Source of the DNA: Waddliaceae bacterium
Lineage (GTDB): Bacteria > Chlamydiota > Chlamydiia > Chlamydiales > SLFE01
NCBI GenBank assembly: GCA_963783885.1
Contig: CAWAPJ010000019.1
Span: 23,713-87,712 of the forward strand
DNA length: 64,000 nt
Direction: 5' to 3'
Shown here piece after piece: positions 58,535 to 64,000 of the stretch; the first letter of the stretch is position 1; each line of letters starts with the position of its first letter. The notes below the pieces were generated by a model. It was given only the letters and a program-made list of their open reading frames with translations. It searched no databases and was not told where the DNA came from. A program made the position numbers and the translations under genes.

Positions 58535-59542
58535 ATGTCGGCAGCTGTCAAGAGAATCGCGGTTACTGGGGGAGCGGGAAATATTTGCTATTCCCTTCTG
58601 TTTCGTATCGCTAATGGGGATTTGCTAGGGAAAAATCAGGCCATCGCTCTGCATATTCTCGATATTCCTCAAGCGATAGACAAGCTTGAAGGGGTGAGAA
58701 TGGAGCTGGAGGACTGCGCTTTTCCTCTTCTCAAGGAAATCCTCATCGGAACCGATCCGCATATTATTTTCCAGAAAGTCGACTATGCGGTTTTAGTCGG
58801 GGCGAAACCCCGCGGTCCGGGCATGGAGAGGAAGGAGCTTCTGAAGGAAAACGGCAAAATTTTTATTCAGCAGGGGCAGGCTTTGAACAGCGCGGCTTCT
58901 GAAAATGTGAAAGTGCTTGTTGTTGGAAATCCCTGCAATACCAATTGCCTGATTGCCATGCACAACGCTCCAAGAATTCCCAGAGAAAACTTTATGGCGA
59001 TGACAAGGCTCGATCAAAATAGGGCCATGTCGCTTCTTGCCTACAAGGCCAATGCCGACGTTTCAGAGGTTTCGCGCGTGGCGGTTTGGGGCAACCACTC
59101 CTCGACGCAAGTGCCGGACTTTGTCAACGCCAAGATTCGGGGGCACGGCACCATGGAGTTGATTCCGGATCGCCGCTGGCTGGAAAATGAGTTTATCGAG
59201 ACGATACAGCAGCGGGGGGCCGAAATCATCAAACAGAGGGGACAGTCCTCGGCGGCATCGGCCGCGAATGCGATCATCGACTCGTTTCAAAGCCTTCATG
59301 AGGCAACACCTGCAGGGGATTGGTTTTCTCTGGCTGTTTGCAGCGATGGCAACCCTTATGGGATCGCCGAAGACCTGATCTTTTCCTTTCCCTGCCGCTC
59401 GGATGGGGCTGGAGGCTATGAAATTGTTCCAAATGTTCCGTGGGATGACTTTCTCAAAGGGAAGATCAAGGCGACTGAGAAAGAACTGCTCGAGGAGAAA
59501 TCACTAGTAGAAGAACTCCTCACAAAAAAGGTATCAAAATGA
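58535..59542 (+). CDS. mdh: Malate dehydrogenase (type 2)
   Basis: [32 protein letters not shown]. Confidence 0.96.
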   Translation: MSAAVKRIAVTGGAGNICYSLLFRIANGDLLGKNQAIALHILDIPQAIDKLEGVRMELEDCAFPLLKEILIGTDPHIIFQKVDYAVLVGAKPRGPGMERKELLKENGKIFIQQGQALNSAASENVKVLVVGNPCNTNCLIAMHNAPRIPRENFMAMTRLDQNRAMSLLAYKANADVSEVSRVAVWGNHSSTQVPDFVNAKIRGHGTMELIPDRRWLENEFIETIQQRGAEIIKQRGQSSAASAANAIIDSFQSLHEATPAGDWFSLAVCSDGNPYGIAEDLIFSFPCRSDGAGGYEIVPNVPWDDFLKGKIKATEKELLEEKSLVEELLTKKVSK

Positions 59543-60696
59543 GCGAAGTCCTATTTGAAATCACCTCTGATAATCTCGAAACGGGCATGAGAGGATATCC
59601 GGTCGGCTATTGCATCACTTCGTCGGTCGATCCTGAAAAGGGACTCTTCTACGCCGGTTATCCGGTTGCCGATATGGCCCATTGGAAGCCTGAAAAAGTC
59701 ATCTATCTGATCTATTACGGCCAAGAAGGGTCTGCAGAGAAGATCGAGCAATTTTCAAATGAGCTTCGCCAGAGGAGTTTTCTCGACCCGAAAACGGCCG
59801 AGGCGATACGCCGCCTGCCCCGAGACGGGCATCCGATGAAGCTCTTTTCCTGCGCGTTGCTTATCACTCAGATGTTCGAAGGTATGGATGATTATCGGGA
59901 AGATTGCCTCAATATCATCGCCAAAATTCCGGAGATCGCCGCGACAGTGATCAACCACCACGCCGGGTGGGGCGGGACAAGGCCGTCGAAGCCGAACATG
60001 GGATATATGGAAAATTTCGCCCAGATGCTCAATGTGCCGGATGCCGATCTTGGCGATCTAACAGAAGTTATGACCCTGTTCAATGTCTTGCACTATGATC
60101 ACGGGGGCGGCAATCTCTCTACATTTACCGGAAAAGCGGTCGCTTCGGGCCTTGCCGACATGTACGCCTCTTTGGCAGCGGCTATGGATGCCCTTTCGGG
60201 GCCCCGCCACGGCAGGGCCAATCAGGACTGCCTTCAGTTTGTCAAAGAAGTTCTCGATTCTCTTGGCAAGGATGCCAGCGCACAGGATGTGGAACAGCTC
60301 ATTCGCAATCGGCTCGGCAATCATGAACTCGTCTACGGGTTTGGACATGCCGTCTTAAGGGTTGAAGATCCCCGGGCTACGGTCCTCTACGCATTGGCCG
60401 AGCAAAAGTTTCCGGACAATCCTCTGGTCAAGATCGCTCTGCATTTGCGGCAGCAAGGGTCGAAGGTGCTTTCCGAAAATCCCAAGATTTCCGATCCCAA
60501 TCCGAATGTCGACGCCATTTCGGGAACGGTGCTTTCCGCAGCCGGGTTTCCGTACCCGGAGTATTTCACCGTTTTATTCGGCCTCTCCCGCTGCGTGGGG
60601 ATTGCTCGGCAGATCGTTTATGAACGGCTGGAAGCCAGAGAGGGTAAGGGGCTGGCTATTGTGCGGCCCAAATACTATTTCAAAGATAAAAAGTAA
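59539..60696 (+). CDS. gltA: Citrate synthase
   Basis: [26 protein letters not shown]. Confidence 0.93.
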   Translation: MSEVLFEITSDNLETGMRGYPVGYCITSSVDPEKGLFYAGYPVADMAHWKPEKVIYLIYYGQEGSAEKIEQFSNELRQRSFLDPKTAEAIRRLPRDGHPMKLFSCALLITQMFEGMDDYREDCLNIIAKIPEIAATVINHHAGWGGTRPSKPNMGYMENFAQMLNVPDADLGDLTEVMTLFNVLHYDHGGGNLSTFTGKAVASGLADMYASLAAAMDALSGPRHGRANQDCLQFVKEVLDSLGKDASAQDVEQLIRNRLGNHELVYGFGHAVLRVEDPRATVLYALAEQKFPDNPLVKIALHLRQQGSKVLSENPKISDPNPNVDAISGTVLSAAGFPYPEYFTVLFGLSRCVGIARQIVYERLEAREGKGLAIVRPKYYFKDKK

Positions 60697-60700
60697 TTCC

Positions 60701-60985
60701 ATGGAAGAAGAGATCAAGCACATGCACGCAACATTTCATGGGCAGGTTCAGGGAGTCTTTTTCCGCGCCACTGCGCGGGATGTGGCGAAGCGAATGGGAT
60801 TGACCGGCACCGTGAGAAACATGCCCGACGGGTCGGTGGAGATTCATGCCCAGGGTACAGTTGAAGACCTGGAAGAGTTTGTGAAGAAGTTGTCGCAGGA
60901 GTTTTACCTCGACTCCAATCTTCCCGTCAAAAAAGAATTTAAAAATCTTGTCGAGGTTTTTGAAGACTTTCGCATTGTGTACTAA
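60701..60985 (+). CDS. acyP: Acylphosphatase
   Basis: [21 protein letters not shown]. Confidence 0.93.
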   Translation: MEEEIKHMHATFHGQVQGVFFRATARDVAKRMGLTGTVRNMPDGSVEIHAQGTVEDLEEFVKKLSQEFYLDSNLPVKKEFKNLVEVFEDFRIVY

Positions 60986-60998
60986 CCCGGATTTTCGA

Positions 60999-61406
60999 TT
61001 AATAAAGAATGCATAGGCTTGCTTTGCGTGCCTTTTCTAAACTCTTGTCATACTTTCGAATTGCTTTGTCCCGCTCTTCAATAGTGCGATAACACTCGAC
61101 TCTCCAGTCGTTTGAAGGTTCATTGTCATCAAGATTAAAATATCCTTCGTCATAGATTTCATCATACTCGTCGAATATTCCCTTAACAGCCGCCTTTACC
61201 CTCTCACAATCATCGGTGATGATTTGGATTTTGTTTGTTGGGCAGGCTTTCCCATAATTCACTGAAAAATTCCAGGCTTGCAAACGGACACGCATTCCCG
61301 TACTTTCGTGAGTATATTCTTTGACTGGCTGAGCTTGCTTTCTATATACGTTGTGTTGGAATTCAAGAACCTTCACTTTTAAATCTTGAGCAAAGTCATT
61401 TATCAT
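60999..61406 (-). CDS. Hypothetical protein ending in a CaaX-like motif
   Basis: SD AAGGAG; ends KARKASLCILY. Confidence 0.6.
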   Translation of the reverse strand: MINDFAQDLKVKVLEFQHNVYRKQAQPVKEYTHESTGMRVRLQAWNFSVNYGKACPTNKIQIITDDCERVKAAVKGIFDEYDEIYDEGYFNLDDNEPSNDWRVECYRTIEERDKAIRKYDKSLEKARKASLCILY

Positions 61407-61512
61407 AAAAACTCCTTTTTAAGGTCAATGATATCGGAATATATAAATAAAATATAATTCAAAAATTTTTATGATTTTTGCAGACTTTCGCTATTTATGC
61501 TAAAATATTCGC

Positions 61513-62478
61513 ATGAAAATCGCTATTGTCGGCGCCGGCTTCTCGGGCCTCGCTGCATGCACTTATCTCTCGCTACGGTCCCATGCCGAAATCGTCGTTT
61601 ATGACAGCGTAGGGATTGCAGGAGGCGCTTCGGGTGTCGCCGCGGGTCTTTTGCACCCTTTTGCCGGTCCCGAAGCGAAATTAAACTGGAAAGCCAGAGA
61701 AGGCATCAGCAATGCTCTTGATCTGCTGGAGGTGTCTTCGAGGTATTTAGGCAGCCCGGTTTATCAAAAATCTGGGATTGTTCGCCTTGCACGGACAGAA
61801 GAGCAGAAAACCGCTTTTAAGCATTGCGCCGACTTGCACGATGATGTTGAGTGGCTTGAAAAAGTCACAATTCCCGGAGCCGTCGAAACCGAAGGCATTT
61901 TTATCTCCTCAGGTATAAGCGTCAACTGCCTGGACTATCTTGAGGGGCTTTGGAAAGCCTGTGCCGAAAGAGGGTGCCGTTTTGTTCAAAGGCAGATACA
62001 AAATCCGGAGGAGCTCAAGGATTTTGATGCTGTGATTTTTGCAGCAGGGGCGCAAGTGAATCGCTTTGCCCCAGTCAAACTTCACTTCATCAAAGGACAA
62101 ATTTTGAGGCTTGAGTGGCCCTCGTCTTTGCCTCCGTTAAATTGTCCCCTTGTTTCCAAAAAGTATATCGTCATGCATCCTGACCTTCGTTCTTGCTGGG
62201 TCGGGTCGACTTATGAAAAGAAGTTTCATCGAAGCGATGTCGATATTGAGACAGCGAGGGCAGAGATTCTGCCGGAAGCGGTGAAAATGATTCCCGAACT
62301 TGCCCAGTGCCGGATCATCGACTGCCAGGCGGGAATCAGAGCTTTCACCCCTCAAAGAAGGCCGCTGCTGCAAAGAATTGACCACAGGTTCTTTGCCCTT
62401 GCCGGCATGGGCTCGAAAGGGCTCCTTTATCACGCCATGATGGCCAAACAGCTTGACTCCTCTCTCAATTCAAGTTAA
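61513..62478 (+). CDS. FAD-dependent oxidoreductase (DAO/ThiO/MnmC-like)
   Basis: GAGFSG, GASGVAAGL, KGQI, GSTY, GMGSKG. Confidence 0.88.
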   Translation: MKIAIVGAGFSGLAACTYLSLRSHAEIVVYDSVGIAGGASGVAAGLLHPFAGPEAKLNWKAREGISNALDLLEVSSRYLGSPVYQKSGIVRLARTEEQKTAFKHCADLHDDVEWLEKVTIPGAVETEGIFISSGISVNCLDYLEGLWKACAERGCRFVQRQIQNPEELKDFDAVIFAAGAQVNRFAPVKLHFIKGQILRLEWPSSLPPLNCPLVSKKYIVMHPDLRSCWVGSTYEKKFHRSDVDIETARAEILPEAVKMIPELAQCRIIDCQAGIRAFTPQRRPLLQRIDHRFFALAGMGSKGLLYHAMMAKQLDSSLNSS

Positions 62479-62487
62479 AACAATATT

Positions 62488-62775
62488 ATGCCTGTTGAAA
62501 GTAAAATGCCGCCGTCAAAACAAATTCGCAATTTCCTTTTTGTCATTGGATGAGGGGCGCTGCTTGGCTTGTTTATTGTCATTTTCCTTGACCTCCGTCC
62601 TTTATTCTTTCACTCGAAAGATCCTCTTCCCTGCTTTCTCTTTCGCAACACCTACGACGACCTGTTGATTCGCTTCGGGTATATTTTCAAGCCTGTCAAT
62701 AAAACAGGAACCCTGCTTCCGGAATTCGATGTTAGAATACTGGATTCCGAGAGGGGCGAGATTGATTATGTCTAG
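62488..62775 (+). pseudogene. Small membrane protein gene with in-frame TGA at 62551
   Basis: MPVESK...FLFVIG*GALLGLFIVIFLD... hydrophobic helix continues across the stop. Confidence 0.45.
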
Positions 62776-62977
62776 GAAAAACAAGCATGTCTAAGCCCTT
62801 AAACCCGTTTGGATGGTCAGATGGGTGGGCTTAGATTCCTTTATTTTTGAGCGAAAATTATCCTCAAATAGTTTATTTGAGGCTTTCATCCAGATTTTTG
62901 GCAGAGATATAGCTGATTTTGGGGCGAATGAGAGCAAAATGTATCGAGCCCATTCTAAAGCGATCATCATATTTGAT

Positions 62978-63590
62978 TCAATCTTCCCAGAAAGGGGGGT
63001 CGATATTGTCTGTCCAGGGAGGTGGATCTATGAGTGGAGGATCCGGGCCCCATTCTCCCAAAGTGCGATCTTCTACCGGGGAACACCCATCTTCAGTCCA
63101 TGGTAGAAGTTGGCAGATGTTTATTTCAGGGGGAGGGTAGGGCGGATCGAACTTCTGGATCTCGCTCGGCCAGCCTATGCGTTTAAGTAAGCGTCTGATT
63201 TCAGCTGTATGGATGACAAATGAGGTAATTTTAATCTTTTTTCCGCATTGACAGAGCAACGGATCGGTTTTGTAAATACGTGCGATGAGCTTAGCTTAAG
63301 GCGAATGAGACCTTTATAACCTTCTTTGAAGACTCTTGTAAATTTTTCTGGATGCTGGATTCAGGGCGTTTTTGAGCGCTGGCAGCCACCTTTTTCCTTA
63401 AAGGAGAATTAGGAGAAAAAACTCCGTGATAATGACGAAGATGTCGGCGGGGACAGGGAATGAAACGGGAAATCCTCTCGATAAATTCCAGGGGTTCTAT
63501 CTGGACAAAGCTTTTGCCGGTGTGGGTAGCCTTTGGAAGGCGATAATGAACCCAAGGGCCATTCCATCGCAAATTCTCGCTCGCAAAGCT
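62978..63590 (-). mobile_element. IS91-family (Y2 rolling-circle) transposase remnant, C-terminal part
   Basis: PLEFIERISRFIPCPRRHLRHYHGVFSPNS; LIARIYKTDPLLCQCG...; split across frames, N-terminus missing. Confidence 0.8.
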
Positions 63591-63679
63591 AGATTCTTTA
63601 TTAAATGTAAATGAAAAATTATTCAACAGGATTTTTCTTGACTTGAATTTATCATAACTACTAAAATCTCGCTATTTTA

Positions 63680-64000
63680 ATGCTATTTAACTTAGAGGCT
63701 GCACTGATTGGGTTTCAAAAATATTTTTACACAACTTTGGTTTTTTCATTTTTTAATTTTGTATCAATTAATGCTCTTCAAAGAGATTATAATGAACTCA
63801 GTTATTGTCACGCTCATTTGCATATCCCAGAATCTTTTGAGCATAATCATCCGTACTTACATTTAATTCCTTTACAAGGTCAAAAAAAATGTTCAGGTTT
63901 TTTTTGTGATATTTGTAATAAAACATGGTGGATTGAATATGAATATTACGGAAGTGATGGGACTTACAGTCATTCAAAAGATATTAGGATGTGCAACGGC
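63680..64000 (+). CDS. AT-rich hypothetical protein, runs off the window (not in ORF track)
   Basis: 107 open codons: MLFNLEAALIG...CSGFFCDICNKTWW... Confidence 0.5.
   Translation, partial: MLFNLEAALIGFQKYFYTTLVFSFFNFVSINALQRDYNELSYCHAHLHIPESFEHNHPYLHLIPLQGQKKCSGFFCDICNKTWWIEYEYYGSDGTYSHSKDIRMCNG

Noticed and set aside
60362-60700. N-terminal extensions in the ORF track for acyP (also queC2, msbA)
   Set aside because: They overlap upstream genes; downstream ATGs fit the family lengths
62551-62553. TGA as selenocysteine or an alternative genetic code
   Set aside because: Lies in a TM helix, and TGA terminates normal genes here (rpmH, prs, rplY)

Overview
Chromosomal window from an environmental chlamydia (Chlamydiota). 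The assignment is inferred from Chlamydia-type gene order and families: LOG-domain protein/MYG1/HIT/HEAT; dnaQ/Mcsc-like chaperone; msbA-accA-LD-transpeptidase; rnpA-rpmH/rpmJ-rpsN; tRNA-Gln-prs-rplY-pth-rpsF-rpsR-rplI-ispE. A housekeeping backbone (also glgA, pgsA, uvrD, hldD/hldE, queC x2/queE, mdh-gltA-acyP) is interrupted by small, often AT-rich cargo blocks. Most notable: (1) an AbiEi/AbiEii type IV toxin-antitoxin whose toxin is fused to ankyrin repeats; (2) a signature seen twice in which cargo sits between a core gene's 3' end and a diverged second copy of that 3' end (HEAT gene, glgA), with palindromic elements at the junctions and no integrase; (3) several palindromic MITE/REP-like elements, one family abutting 5'-truncated genes; (4) candidate host-directed effectors (AvrB/Fido-like, F-box+CaaX, NLS-bearing C-terminally shortened PepC, tandem lipases, Inc-like). 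No CRISPR array or rRNA was found. Several frameshifts, including two in essential rpsN, may be assembly errors. All family assignments come from motif recognition by eye, not from database searches.
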